In this document: in pieces, positions 38,161-48,770 of the stretch
How positions within the stretch are numbered: position 1 is the stretch's first letter
Layout of the letters: each line of letters opens with the position of its first letter
From: a virus
DNA: 64,000 nt
Virus record (IMG/VR): IMGVR_UViG_3300030333_002778
Coordinates: 25,461-89,460 of that record
Direction: 5' to 3' (one strand)
Program-made: the position numbers and the translations under genes
The notes under the pieces: generated by a model
What the model was told of the DNA's origin: nothing
What the model saw: only the letters and a program-made list of their open reading frames with translations
The model's database searches: none

Positions 38161-41100
38161 TTATCTGAAAGAAGCTCTAAAATGTACCTGAAAATAGTAA
38201 AGTAAAAACTTTATATTTTTAGATACTCCAGTTACATCATCAAAATTATCATATATAAGTTCTGTCATTATATATTTATCTCTTAATCTTTCCTTAAATA
38301 ATCTACTAGGATCATATAATGATTCATTAAATACATCGGGGTTTTGAATATCTGCATTTATAACATTTCTAGGAACAATCATTTGCCAACTACCTTCTAT
38401 ATCTTTTACATTATCTCCTGGAACTAAATCTATCCATCCACTAGATTGATAGTTATTAGTATATCTAACTTCTTTAAAAGGATCTCTAACTGATACTTGA
38501 TAATTAAATACAGATTCTTCTGTTACTCTATAAGTTTCCATATAAAATACTGCATTATCAAATGTTTTAGTATATGAAGGGACTGTATTAGTTACAAATT
38601 CTACAGAAGATGGATACACAAGATCATAAAAAGTACCATAAGTACCTACATCGTGTAAATATAAATCATCTCTTCTAAATGCATTGTCATCATAATGACA
38701 ATCTAATGTGCAGTTAGGACTAAATATTCTATGTCCATCATTTATATATATAGAAGGTGTAAAAGAATAAAATGAAGTATAAGCATCTGCAAACTCATTA
38801 AATGCTACAGTAAAAGAATTTTTATAAGGACATAATCTTTGTATAATATCTCCTATCTCTGGATAAACATATTGATCTATCGCATCTAGATTAGCAAGAT
38901 ATGCTTGTTGGGCTTCACCATACTCTTCATAAGGTACACCTACTATACCATATCCAGAACCAAGTCCGTCAATTCCTCCTTCCCAAGATAATTGCATTAG
39001 TACATCACCTGGTTGTAATTGATCGTTCCCATACCCATAGTTCGTTGCTCCCCAATATGCATAATTTACTATTAGAGCTGAATATATGTTAGAATTTACT
39101 TCATCTCCTGTTATAGTAAGTCCACTTGTTAATGTATTACCATCAGGATTAAGCCAATATACATCTTCATTATTCCATATACCACTAACATCCTCGTCAG
39201 GTGTTGGACACTCGTTACATGTATTTACAGGTCTTGCTATATATGTAGTACCAAGATTAGTATAAAACCAATCTATAATTATATAATCTACAGGTATTTG
39301 AGATTGAGAATCATGGAATGTAAATAAAGCTTCATAATGTCTAGAATCAAAAGTAGCTGTTATACCCTTATTTAAAAATGGATTATCTTCTTTTAATATA
39401 TCTCCTAGTAAATTATCTTGGAAATAACCATTTAATCCTTTTACATCTGATAAAGGTTGATTACCTTGTCCACTAAACTTAAACATTTTCTTCTGTAATA
39501 TATCAAAGAAATAAATTGCACTATCACTTTTAGTCATAGCCCATTGTTGTTTAGATCCAAATTGTTCTGATATATAATCATAATGAGATATAAAAGCTCC
39601 AGCTTCTCCAGATACAGTTCCTAGCTGTATATCCATACCATTCTGAGCTTGTACAATAGCATTAGGATTAATAGTAAGAGCACCAAAAGCTTTATCTTGA
39701 AAGAAATACATATTATCTTTTAAGATCATAAGATTATTTAATGGTCCATATATACCTTCTACATCTTTATAGTTATCTGCTTTAAATACAGTCCATTGAT
39801 CTGTTCTTTCTCCATTTATTTTAGTACCAGAATAATATATTCTAGTATCAAATTCTTCATTTAGATCCATACCTATACCTAAAGCAAAGAATGTTCTTAC
39901 ATCATTCTGAGCTAAATAAGCTCTATTTAATTCATACTCATCATGAAGTTGAAGATCATCTTCTAAATCTTTATTTGCATAATGATAACCTCCTCTATAA
40001 TTAATATCTAAATGTAGTTCTAAAGGAACCATGACACCATTCCTTTTACAATAACTATTATCACCTATCCATTCTATATCAGAACTAGTATCTAGATAAT
40101 CTTCATAAGTACTTTCTGAAAGATAATCATTAGGACCTTGTCCTCTATTTTTTTCAAATTGTGTATAATCATATACGCCTACATATACATCACCTCCCCA
40201 TACGTCATGAATAAATGGTTGAGTTGTATCTGTATTTTCTGTTATAGGTACATAATGACCACAAAACATATATTGTGTAAAACTTCTTGCTGCAAAAGAT
40301 TGTCCTCCATAAGGAGATCCATATCTTTCATAACTAAATATAGGACGATACATATGTCTAATTTCAGGATCATCATTACCTCCCATATAATAATTATAAA
40401 ATGGAATATCTTCTTGTGTAGTTACTAATAAAGCTTCACTACCCATAGATCTAGGACGGCTTGCATGTCCATATGAATTTTTAACACAACACTCCTGCTC
40501 ACTACCATTACCAAAACCACTTGCTGAACTAGGACTAGTCCAAAAATTAGGCCATCCTGCTACATTTCTAAAATCAAGATCTAAAGATTGGTCTACTGTA
40601 CTTTGTATAATCTCACCATCTTTTATATGCATACCCCACTCTAATGTTGTTCTATTATTAGCAGGATTTATAGCATAAGGATAATTAATATTTAAAGCTC
40701 CTGTTCTTACTCTTAAATCACTATAAAAAGCATTATAATTTGCAGGGCTTGTTATAGGATAATAATACTTATCCCAAGATTCTGAACTATGCCAAAATTC
40801 ATCATTATTATTACCTGCTTCATCAGCCACTGTACCAAATAAAACAAGACTATTATGAGGGCTTATGTTATAACATCCACAGGTGTTATTAGAACAATTC
40901 CCACAATTATTCATTGCTTCAGCACCATTTACATCTGCATTAGAATGAGGATAAACTACAGAAGCAAGTTTTATATAATCTCCAGGCCTTACATCAGAAG
41001 GCTTTGTGTATGTATTAAGTTTATCGGGATTAGAATTAATCCAAAATAATGGGCCATATAATAAAAAAGTTCTAAGCTGGGCAGGAAATAAATAATGACT

Positions 41101-43902
41101 AACAGCAGTAGGATACCCCGGACCATAGTCTCTATGACCTTCATACATCAGATCATATGCATTTTCACTTCCTGGTATTCCAACACCTACTAATAATGGA
41201 TATGAAAAATTAGGATGAGGAAATTGTGTAAGAGGTGCTAAAAAATCTTCATCTCCATAAACATATGGAACAACACTAACATTAGAACCTGTTCCTTGAG
41301 CTATACTAGAATTTATTGCAACTTTCTGGACTGGCCATCCTAAAGCTTCTCCTAATCTAGTTTTGTCATTCTCTTCTCTTTTAGCTCTTACAATAGAAAA
41401 TCCTGTAATACCTTCTTCTTCAACATTTAAAGAACTAAGATCTACAGTAAATTCTATTCCTAATTGTCTACATATTAAGACATTATTCAGCTTCATATTC
41501 CAAACACCAAATATACTATTATTACTTCCAGTTATTTCCCAATCACCTGCGTCATCTCCATTGTCTAAATTCACAAGATAATTATTATATTCATCTGGAT
41601 TTTCTCTAGGCATAAAAAATGTAACAAAGGGTGGTACAGGATTTGCTAGATCAGCTCCATTACCTCCATCATTAGCAAGAGCATTTGGTGCTTCGTTTCC
41701 TGTATATTCAGCATAATATTCATTTTCTGCATGATCATATCTAAATGGAAATTTAATATCTCCTATCCAATTTACAAAACTAGCAGATCCTTTATTATTA
41801 TAAAATATAATACCAAATCTATATATTTCACCTCTTGCATAACCTTTATATAGACTCCATGCATATGGATTTTTTAAATTAGGATCCCCTCCATATATAT
41901 CATAAGTCTGATCTTGTACCCCTAAAGACACATTATTTTGAGGCCATAATGAATCAGGAAAATCTTGAAGTCCAAAAGGATCTAAATTATTTGTTTCTAT
42001 AGGATTAACATAACAAGCTGTTTCAGGCCAAGGATCAACCCAATATTGATTCCAGTTCATATAATTACCTTGATCCCATTCTGGATATAAAGGACTTCCA
42101 GAATAGTGGGATATACTATTACCATAAAAATATTCTGTTTCATCTTCTCCCCAACCAATTACATAATCAGGATATGTATCTTTAGTTATAAATCTATAAC
42201 TTACATTAGGTCCTTGTCCTCCTAATGTTATTCCATCTGCTTGCCATTTATATTGATCATTAGTAAACCAATCTGGATTAGAAGCTAAATTCTCATCATT
42301 ATAAGGATTTATAGCATCATGTTCGGTAGGTAAAGTAAGCCAATTTTGCCAATCATCTTGTTCATTACCTTCAGGCATTTCTCCATTAATTGTAATAGTA
42401 TCACCACCTAAACTTTCTAAATTAGCCCAAATACTAGGAAAATTTACACCGCTTCTTTTAAACCTATAGGCTCTTGCATCAAAGTCTACATTCCATGGAA
42501 CATTAACTACATTTCCCATAAATAATTTATTATCTTTAGAAGATATAGTTTTAACTTTCTCAAAAGATATTCCAGTACCTCCTATAAACTCAGAAAACGA
42601 TACTATTATTTTTTCCTCTGTTCCAAGTAAAACAATTTGTTGTGTAGGATTACTTATTAAAAATTCACCAAATATATATATATCAGAATCAATAGCATTT
42701 TCATTAGGCCTATAAATAGCAGCTACCTCTAAATATGAATACGATAAATCTATATTTGATATTTCCCATCTAATAGAATTTGTTGTTAACGTATTTGCAT
42801 TAGCTGCTGTATCCCATTCTACTCCTTCTATTTCACATGCTGATGCAGCATTAGTATCTGGATTTAAATCACTAGTAAGAGGTACTAAATTACTTAATGG
42901 AGACCAATTAGTTACAATACCTTCATCATTTTTATATCTATAAGCTATTTGATATAAACCTCCTGGTAATTGACCTCCCTGTTCTATCTTCTTCAAAAGA
43001 GGTATATCTAAAGCAATCTTTGGTGCAATATCTAAGAAAGCACAACGAAGAGCCATAGCATTTTCTTTTGCTACATTTAATTTTCTAGGAGGATTATTAA
43101 AATCTGTAAAATAAATATTCTGTGTACCTGCATTCTCATATCTTCCTATAGCTTGTATAGGATGTTCTAATCTAAAATTAATACAATTATCTCTTGCATA
43201 GACACATTCAATATTAGTTTCAAGTGTACTTTTATCATAAGTTAATCTCCATATTTGACCATCTTCTTCATGTGGAGATGTTGTAAATAAATATATATCA
43301 TCTCGAATGGTAGTATGGCCTATTACTTGTAAATCATTTGTATTAGTTGCTAATGATATAATATCTGTTTGTCCTCCTGTAATAATACTAACCAAACCCC
43401 ATATAAGTAAAGTTTCTGTATCAAAATCAAAATAATATTGAAGTTCAGAAGGAAGGGGATTGTATATAGGATTTAAATCTTCATCTACTCCTGTTTGCCA
43501 TTGTGTATCTGGATTAACTATAAGATCATATATAGCTCTAACTTTACTTCCTGTTCCAGATTCCATATATAAATAATATGATTCTTCCTGACCATCCGCA
43601 TTAAGCATAGTTATTGATACTAAAGAATTTGGAAGCTCATTTGTCCAAGTAGCTCCAGGTTCAGCATTAGTTATTTCAAATACATTAGGAGCAGGAGGAA
43701 TTTTTACACTAAATTTATTTCCTTCTATATTAACTAAAGCTGCTGATTCTTTTTCATGATGTGCAACAATCCTAACATTAGATCCATCATAATACATATT
43801 AGGTTGAGCAGAAGTCTTACTAATATCTTTATTCATACCTCCAGTAAAAGTGTTTACACCGAAAGTAGGAAATTTATTATTTGGATTATTTGGTATTGCC
43901 AT
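38161..43902 (-). CDS. Tail stabilization/muzzle protein (P22 gp10-like, crAss type), 1913 aa
   Basis: NTFTGGMNKD, N.EGN, IYFTDFNNPPRKLN, KDNKLFMGN, KGYARGEIYRFGIIFY, GGDVY, FDTRIYYS, YTSFYSFTP, RLRDKY. Confidence 0.88.
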   Translation of the reverse strand: MAIPNNPNNKFPTFGVNTFTGGMNKDISKTSAQPNMYYDGSNVRIVAHHEKESAALVNIEGNKFSVKIPPAPNVFEITNAEPGATWTNELPNSLVSITMLNADGQEESYYLYMESGTGSKVRAIYDLIVNPDTQWQTGVDEDLNPIYNPLPSELQYYFDFDTETLLIWGLVSIITGGQTDIISLATNTNDLQVIGHTTIRDDIYLFTTSPHEEDGQIWRLTYDKSTLETNIECVYARDNCINFRLEHPIQAIGRYENAGTQNIYFTDFNNPPRKLNVAKENAMALRCAFLDIAPKIALDIPLLKKIEQGGQLPGGLYQIAYRYKNDEGIVTNWSPLSNLVPLTSDLNPDTNAASACEIEGVEWDTAANANTLTTNSIRWEISNIDLSYSYLEVAAIYRPNENAIDSDIYIFGEFLISNPTQQIVLLGTEEKIIVSFSEFIGGTGISFEKVKTISSKDNKLFMGNVVNVPWNVDFDARAYRFKRSGVNFPSIWANLESLGGDTITINGEMPEGNEQDDWQNWLTLPTEHDAINPYNDENLASNPDWFTNDQYKWQADGITLGGQGPNVSYRFITKDTYPDYVIGWGEDETEYFYGNSISHYSGSPLYPEWDQGNYMNWNQYWVDPWPETACYVNPIETNNLDPFGLQDFPDSLWPQNNVSLGVQDQTYDIYGGDPNLKNPYAWSLYKGYARGEIYRFGIIFYNNKGSASFVNWIGDIKFPFRYDHAENEYYAEYTGNEAPNALANDGGNGADLANPVPPFVTFFMPRENPDEYNNYLVNLDNGDDAGDWEITGSNNSIFGVWNMKLNNVLICRQLGIEFTVDLSSLNVEEEGITGFSIVRAKREENDKTRLGEALGWPVQKVAINSSIAQGTGSNVSVVPYVYGDEDFLAPLTQFPHPNFSYPLLVGVGIPGSENAYDLMYEGHRDYGPGYPTAVSHYLFPAQLRTFLLYGPLFWINSNPDKLNTYTKPSDVRPGDYIKLASVVYPHSNADVNGAEAMNNCGNCSNNTCGCYNISPHNSLVLFGTVADEAGNNNDEFWHSSESWDKYYYPITSPANYNAFYSDLRVRTGALNINYPYAINPANNRTTLEWGMHIKDGEIIQSTVDQSLDLDFRNVAGWPNFWTSPSSASGFGNGSEQECCVKNSYGHASRPRSMGSEALLVTTQEDIPFYNYYMGGNDDPEIRHMYRPIFSYERYGSPYGGQSFAARSFTQYMFCGHYVPITENTDTTQPFIHDVWGGDVYVGVYDYTQFEKNRGQGPNDYLSESTYEDYLDTSSDIEWIGDNSYCKRNGVMVPLELHLDINYRGGYHYANKDLEDDLQLHDEYELNRAYLAQNDVRTFFALGIGMDLNEEFDTRIYYSGTKINGERTDQWTVFKADNYKDVEGIYGPLNNLMILKDNMYFFQDKAFGALTINPNAIVQAQNGMDIQLGTVSGEAGAFISHYDYISEQFGSKQQWAMTKSDSAIYFFDILQKKMFKFSGQGNQPLSDVKGLNGYFQDNLLGDILKEDNPFLNKGITATFDSRHYEALFTFHDSQSQIPVDYIIIDWFYTNLGTTYIARPVNTCNECPTPDEDVSGIWNNEDVYWLNPDGNTLTSGLTITGDEVNSNIYSALIVNYAYWGATNYGYGNDQLQPGDVLMQLSWEGGIDGLGSGYGIVGVPYEEYGEAQQAYLANLDAIDQYVYPEIGDIIQRLCPYKNSFTVAFNEFADAYTSFYSFTPSIYINDGHRIFSPNCTLDCHYDDNAFRRDDLYLHDVGTYGTFYDLVYPSSVEFVTNTVPSYTKTFDNAVFYMETYRVTEESVFNYQVSVRDPFKEVRYTNNYQSSGWIDLVPGDNVKDIEGSWQMIVPRNVINADIQNPDVFNESLYDPSRLFKERLRDKYIMTELIYDNFDDVTGVSKNIKFLLYYFQVHFRASFR

Positions 43903-44657
43903 TATCTAAGTTTCCTTTGTTCTGGGTTAGCCAGATCAGTAAAGAAAGATCCATATGAATTCATATTAGGTTTTAGTTTAACCCATTGATTCTTGATGTT
44001 TTCAGCCATATCTATATTAGGCATGTTAGCTTTACCTCTAGCTTGTGTTACATACCACTCCCAATCTCTTTGACTATCTCTGTATATAGCTTCTGGCATT
44101 TGACCTTTTCTAAACATAATTCTGTCTAGCATAGTTTGTATATAAGCTTTTATAGCTTTTTTATAACTTATCTCATCTGGTATCATAGGATAGCCTTCTT
44201 TATCTACCTTAATACCTTTGAATGAAATCAATAAACATCCTTTGTCGAAAGATGTTACTATAAAATTATCATTTATATAATAACATTCTCCCTTCTCACC
44301 TTCTTTATTTATTAAAGGAAAATTATCAACATCTACTTTTTCTCCGTCTATATAGTTTGTTGTAGATGCATTATTAGGTGTTGTGGAAATAGCTCCAAAA
44401 CTTCCTGAACAAAGTCTTAAAGGGAATCCTTTATAAGATATTTGTTCTAAAGAATGAAAATTACAGGGTAGTTTTACTTTATGATCTTTTACACATATTT
44501 CTCCAACTAGATCTACATAAGATACACCTGCGCCTATAAGCTCTAAAGCTTCTCCAGCCCACTCAATGATATCCCAGATATCTAGTTCTTCTCTTACACC
44601 AGAGTCTCTATAAACTCCTTCTATTATTTCATATACTGATACATATTTATAAATCAT
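43902..44657 (-). CDS. Tail tubular/ring protein (crAss type)
   Basis: IIEWAGEALELIG, VKLPCNF, VDKEGYPMIPD; directly upstream of the muzzle gene. Confidence 0.8.
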   Translation of the reverse strand: MIYKYVSVYEIIEGVYRDSGVREELDIWDIIEWAGEALELIGAGVSYVDLVGEICVKDHKVKLPCNFHSLEQISYKGFPLRLCSGSFGAISTTPNNASTTNYIDGEKVDVDNFPLINKEGEKGECYYINDNFIVTSFDKGCLLISFKGIKVDKEGYPMIPDEISYKKAIKAYIQTMLDRIMFRKGQMPEAIYRDSQRDWEWYVTQARGKANMPNIDMAENIKNQWVKLKPNMNSYGSFFTDLANPEQRKLR

Positions 44658-45151
44658 TCAAAGTAATCTACTTCATTATTTTTTAATAATGCAGCTAGTC
44701 TTCTTTTATTTGTACGTGTAGCTTGAAAACTATACACACTTTTATTCTTGACTACTGCTTCCCTTTTTAACCAATACCATCTATAATTAAAACCATTTGT
44801 ATGATCATTAAGATGATATATAACCTTTTTATTTTCCCGCGTTGCTTTCCAATCAATCTTCAATTTATTTTTATTCTTTTGAGAATAATTCATTTTCTTT
44901 TTCTTTATTCTCAAAGTTCCTAACCTATAAGGCATTTTAAACTCGTGGGACTTTAATAAAATATTATCCATAATAAGTTTATTAAAATCTTCACATATAC
45001 TCCTATATTTTTTATAACCTACATTATAAAAATCCTCATAGGTTTTATAAGCGTTTTTTAAGGTAGCGCTTTTATCTACCTTTTTGAGCCGCTTGTTGAG
45101 CGCCTCCTTTGATTGGTATTTCCCCATCTTGTTTCGCGTTATTAGTTTCAT
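44654..45151 (-). CDS. IHF/HU-like basic DNA-binding protein (crAss tail-region type)
   Basis: FKMPYRLGTLRI...IDWKAT...N.HT.G...R..W; start may be the later ATG at 45127. Confidence 0.75.
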   Translation of the reverse strand: MKLITRNKMGKYQSKEALNKRLKKVDKSATLKNAYKTYEDFYNVGYKKYRSICEDFNKLIMDNILLKSHEFKMPYRLGTLRIKKKKMNYSQKNKNKLKIDWKATRENKKVIYHLNDHTNGFNYRWYWLKREAVVKNKSVYSFQATRTNKRRLAALLKNNEVDYFE

Positions 45152-45794
45152 CTGATGGCATAGACAAAGTAACTCCTAACTTACTTTGTAAAGTTAGATT
45201 AGTTATTGTCTCAGCCATACTTAAAGAAAGTGGAAAAGAGGAATCCCAATCATAGTGACAACTTTTACCATCACACACATTAAATCTATAGATGTCTTCT
45301 GGATCTTCAAAAACTCCTGTAACCTTTACAGCTTCTATTAGTAAGTCGCTACTTACGTATAGATGATTATCTTTGACATACCATCTATTTTTAGAACTCG
45401 TATATTTATTATATGAATTCCATTTACGTCTAAAGTCAGTTGTTTCTGAAAATGGTCTCTGTCCATCTAAAGATTCAACAGCAAATATACTGTTTCTCTC
45501 ATTACGTTGTATAGTTCTTGGAATCTCGTTCTTCGATTTTAATACAAAAACACCTAGATCTACTTCACAAGCCTCTGAAGCATCTACGGGTTCTAGTTGT
45601 ACATATTTGAGAGTCTCGATAGCAGATTGTGGAATCCTCATCTTCTTATTCATAAACTGTGACAAAAGCATAGACCTCCCCTGCTTAACCCAATACGCAA
45701 TCTGTCTATCATTAACTTTTGCATCATCTGAAGAAACACCTCCATATGCTATATTCTTGATATCATAAACTAATTCTCTTAATGTTACCGCCAT
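45072..45794 (-). CDS. Tail ring/neck structural protein
   Basis: TLRELVYDI...SDD..DRQI, GVFEDP...FP pattern of crAss ring proteins; gene context. Confidence 0.7.
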   Translation of the reverse strand: MAVTLRELVYDIKNIAYGGVSSDDAKVNDRQIAYWVKQGRSMLLSQFMNKKMRIPQSAIETLKYVQLEPVDASEACEVDLGVFVLKSKNEIPRTIQRNERNSIFAVESLDGQRPFSETTDFRRKWNSYNKYTSSKNRWYVKDNHLYVSSDLLIEAVKVTGVFEDPEDIYRFNVCDGKSCHYDWDSSFPLSLSMAETITNLTLQSKLGVTLSMPSDETNNAKQDGEIPIKGGAQQAAQKGR

Positions 45795-45797
45795 TAA

Positions 45798-46931
45798 CTA
45801 GATATTTACTTGTAAATAACCTTCACACCCCTTTTCCTTACTCCATATATACGCCTGCGCGCATCTTAATGATTGATAGCCCATTAACTTGTGCCATGAA
45901 TCATTTGCACATATAGAAGGAATAAATCTTACTTTAATTCCTCTATATTCATTAACCATTTCTTTATGTAAATGTCCACAATGAACTTCTCTAAATTTAG
46001 TTCTTGAGAACATTAAAGGCTGCTCGGTAGCCATTATTAGTGGCATTTCAGCAGCTTTCTCTTTATCACCGTGAGTAAACATAATCATATTCACTCCGTA
46101 TTCATAGTACTTTCTACTATCTAAACCATTATCAACTGTTACATCTTGATCATTTTTAAACCAAGCAGATAAAACTTCTCCCGCATAAAACATACGTTCA
46201 AAGTCATGGTTACCTTGTACTATGACAATATCTACCGGAGCATACTCAGCTAAATAATTAGCTGCATCTATTATTAATTTAGTATACCCAATAAAAGACT
46301 TTTGCCAATCTATAGAATCACTTTGAGGTGTTCCTTTAGTTGTAGTCTTTCTCATCCCTTCAGAATTCATACCATCGTTTCCTATAGGTAATAAAAACCT
46401 ATCGATATTTAATCCTGATGCTCTTTCATGTAGTTCTATAACAGAGTTCATAAAATGTTCTTCTGCAGTTTCTACACTATCATCTGTATCTTTACCATAA
46501 TGTATATCCGGTAAAGATATTTCATATACTATAGAATTATTATCCTTCTTAGTATAAGATCTCTTCTTTTCAGGAGGAGATATTGTTTTCAGTTTTTCAA
46601 AGAACTCGTCTTTAAATTTTTGAGCAGCTTTACCACCATCTTTAGTTACTATAGAGTAACGAGTTTCACCACTCATGGTTTGCCAGATCTTAACTGACTT
46701 AACCTCATCCTCAGTTAATCCCTGAGCATGTATCGCTTCCTTAAGTTCATTAGTACTAATATTCTCATTCACATGTTCTTCTATCTTCCATATAAAACCA
46801 CCAGCTGTAGCTCTATTTCCTCTTAGTACTTTATGAATACTACCGTTATCAATATCTGTTTTCTGTGATGCTTCTGAGACATCCTGGTAACGGCCCACCA
46901 GTTGTCCCTGCATCGTATATTGTAATACCAT
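45798..46931 (-). CDS. Calcineurin-like metallophosphoesterase with an N-terminal NUMOD1-like HTH
   Basis: DIHYG, GND, GNHD, THGD, GHLH; VLQYTMQGQLVGRY...EAS...I...TAGGFIWK. Confidence 0.85.
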   Translation of the reverse strand: MVLQYTMQGQLVGRYQDVSEASQKTDIDNGSIHKVLRGNRATAGGFIWKIEEHVNENISTNELKEAIHAQGLTEDEVKSVKIWQTMSGETRYSIVTKDGGKAAQKFKDEFFEKLKTISPPEKKRSYTKKDNNSIVYEISLPDIHYGKDTDDSVETAEEHFMNSVIELHERASGLNIDRFLLPIGNDGMNSEGMRKTTTKGTPQSDSIDWQKSFIGYTKLIIDAANYLAEYAPVDIVIVQGNHDFERMFYAGEVLSAWFKNDQDVTVDNGLDSRKYYEYGVNMIMFTHGDKEKAAEMPLIMATEQPLMFSRTKFREVHCGHLHKEMVNEYRGIKVRFIPSICANDSWHKLMGYQSLRCAQAYIWSKEKGCEGYLQVNI

Positions 46932-46936
46932 ACTTA

Positions 46937-47509
46937 TTAAGATATTGGATCCATTATCCTATACCAAATCTTACTTTTCCCTATACTAAAATCTCCATTA
47001 AAAGCTCCAGTAGATTTCATTTCTATACCCAAACCTACTAAATTATTAAAATCATCAATAGCAGGCATAGATCCAGCATATAAACCCGCTGTTACAGTAC
47101 TATCATTCTCTGTAAATATTACAGATTTTGCAACACTAATCATAAATTTACTTCCTACCCACCATCCTTGTGGATCTGCAGCTACTTGGTTCCAGGTTAT
47201 CATCATAGTACTATTAGAAGTTTCAGCTGTACCTCCTTCTTTAATCATATGAAACATTAAACCTACTGGTACTATAATTTTACCAGGAATTGCAGGTATT
47301 ATAGTTTGTCTTGTTGTATTAAGTGCTTGATATTCTGCTTGAGTAAAAGGACCAAACTCATGTTCTATTACATATGTTTTATCCAATGTTCTAATAAGTT
47401 CATTCATATCTACTTCTCTCTGCATATTTCTTCCAAAGGTATTTTTACCACGTACTATTTTTTGGCCAAAAGCGCCTAAGTTTTTTACAAATTTTTCTAA
47501 TTTGCCCAT
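46937..47509 (-). CDS. Hypothetical, possibly a beta-rich virion protein
   Basis: 190-aa ORF in the late operon. Confidence 0.7.
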   Translation of the reverse strand: MGKLEKFVKNLGAFGQKIVRGKNTFGRNMQREVDMNELIRTLDKTYVIEHEFGPFTQAEYQALNTTRQTIIPAIPGKIIVPVGLMFHMIKEGGTAETSNSTMMITWNQVAADPQGWWVGSKFMISVAKSVIFTENDSTVTAGLYAGSMPAIDDFNNLVGLGIEMKSTGAFNGDFSIGKSKIWYRIMDPIS

Positions 47510-47511
47510 CG

Positions 47512-48102
47512 TTATTTTATTTTAAAATTATACATTACTCCTATATTATGAGTTTTATTTAATATCCCATATCTATATGAATACGAAATACCATTCTTAC
47601 TACTAAACCCGATCATAGGAGAAAAATTAAACTCATCTTTTTTACCTCCTACTTCTGCACCGATATTCAAACTAAACTTCGGAGCTATAGTCTGAAGTGT
47701 AGTTTGCTTTGTGTCTATTATAACTGTATCTACTTGAAAAATATATTTAGGAAATTTAGGAGTATATGTTAGTTTTTGATCTAACAATTCTCCATCTACC
47801 CTAGTCCATATTGTCCCGTCTAGAAGACTGTCTGTATAAGTATTAGTATACTCTTGAATATTTAATTCATCCCAAACATCATCTTCTATAACTACCTTTA
47901 CAGGCTCGTTTATTTTAACAGTTACAGTTCTTATAATAGTATCTATAAAAGGAATAGTATCTATATGTGTTACATGAAGTGTATCAGTATGAACTGTTGT
48001 TACTTCATCTATTACTCCTCCAACAGGTTTTGTACCACATTCTCGGAGTAATACTATCCATATTATTAACCCTATTATTATTAACCACTTAGGATCCTTC
48101 AT
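47512..48102 (-). CDS. Membrane-anchored lysis accessory (spanin-like) protein
   Basis: N-terminal TM followed by ECG, DT-rich stalk, amphipathic C-terminal beta strands; next to the holin-like gene. Confidence 0.55.
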   Translation of the reverse strand: MKDPKWLIIIGLIIWIVLLRECGTKPVGGVIDEVTTVHTDTLHVTHIDTIPFIDTIIRTVTVKINEPVKVVIEDDVWDELNIQEYTNTYTDSLLDGTIWTRVDGELLDQKLTYTPKFPKYIFQVDTVIIDTKQTTLQTIAPKFSLNIGAEVGGKKDEFNFSPMIGFSSKNGISYSYRYGILNKTHNIGVMYNFKIK

Positions 48103-48112
48103 ATATTAAACT

Positions 48113-48328
48113 TTAATTCCAAAACATCATTTTAGCCGCTAAACCTAAAATAACTACCCAAATAGACCACAACACTTTACCAGCGCTATTTCGAAAAGAC
48201 GTATTTCTATTTACTCGAGATACAATACCCGCGTCAGGATCTAGTAACTTTATTTTAAGATCTCTTACGTCATCTTTTATTTTTACTATATCCTCGTGTA
48301 ACTCCGAATTTGAAATACGTCTACTCAT
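48113..48328 (-). CDS. Holin-like small membrane protein
   Basis: Coiled coil plus C-terminal TM (VLWSIWVVILGLAA). Confidence 0.55.
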   Translation of the reverse strand: MSRRISNSELHEDIVKIKDDVRDLKIKLLDPDAGIVSRVNRNTSFRNSAGKVLWSIWVVILGLAAKMMFWN

Positions 48329-48338
48329 TCACATAAGA

Positions 48339-48740
48339 TTATTCTACTACTAATTTACCCATTAAAGGTTTCATCATATTAGCATCCAGTCCATAATCCT
48401 TTAGATCATCTAGTGGAATAGGAACTAATTCTATTGTAACTTTTTCGTCCATAATAGATTCCCATTCTTTATTTGCATTTTCTAGATTAGCACCAAAATC
48501 TATTTGGTTTTGAGAGTTTCTAATTGGAACTCCTTTGTCATCTACTCTTGCAAACTTCTTAGTAATTTCTTTATGTCTCTCATTAACAGAAGTGACTATG
48601 TCAGAAATTTGATCTAAATTTTTTGCTAAGGTATGCCATACTTTAGTTTCTTTGCTATTGATATAAGCAATACCTTGACTGATCGCTAATAGATCTCTAT
48701 TAGTAATCTCCATTTTTGAATTTTTTGTTTTTGTCGCCAT
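48339..48740 (-). CDS. DUF1617-like helical protein
   Basis: LAKNL...FARVDDKG...IMDEKVTIELVPI pattern. Confidence 0.55.
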   Translation of the reverse strand: MATKTKNSKMEITNRDLLAISQGIAYINSKETKVWHTLAKNLDQISDIVTSVNERHKEITKKFARVDDKGVPIRNSQNQIDFGANLENANKEWESIMDEKVTIELVPIPLDDLKDYGLDANMMKPLMGKLVVE

Positions 48741-48770
48741 AACGATATTTAAAAATTATTATTATTATTA

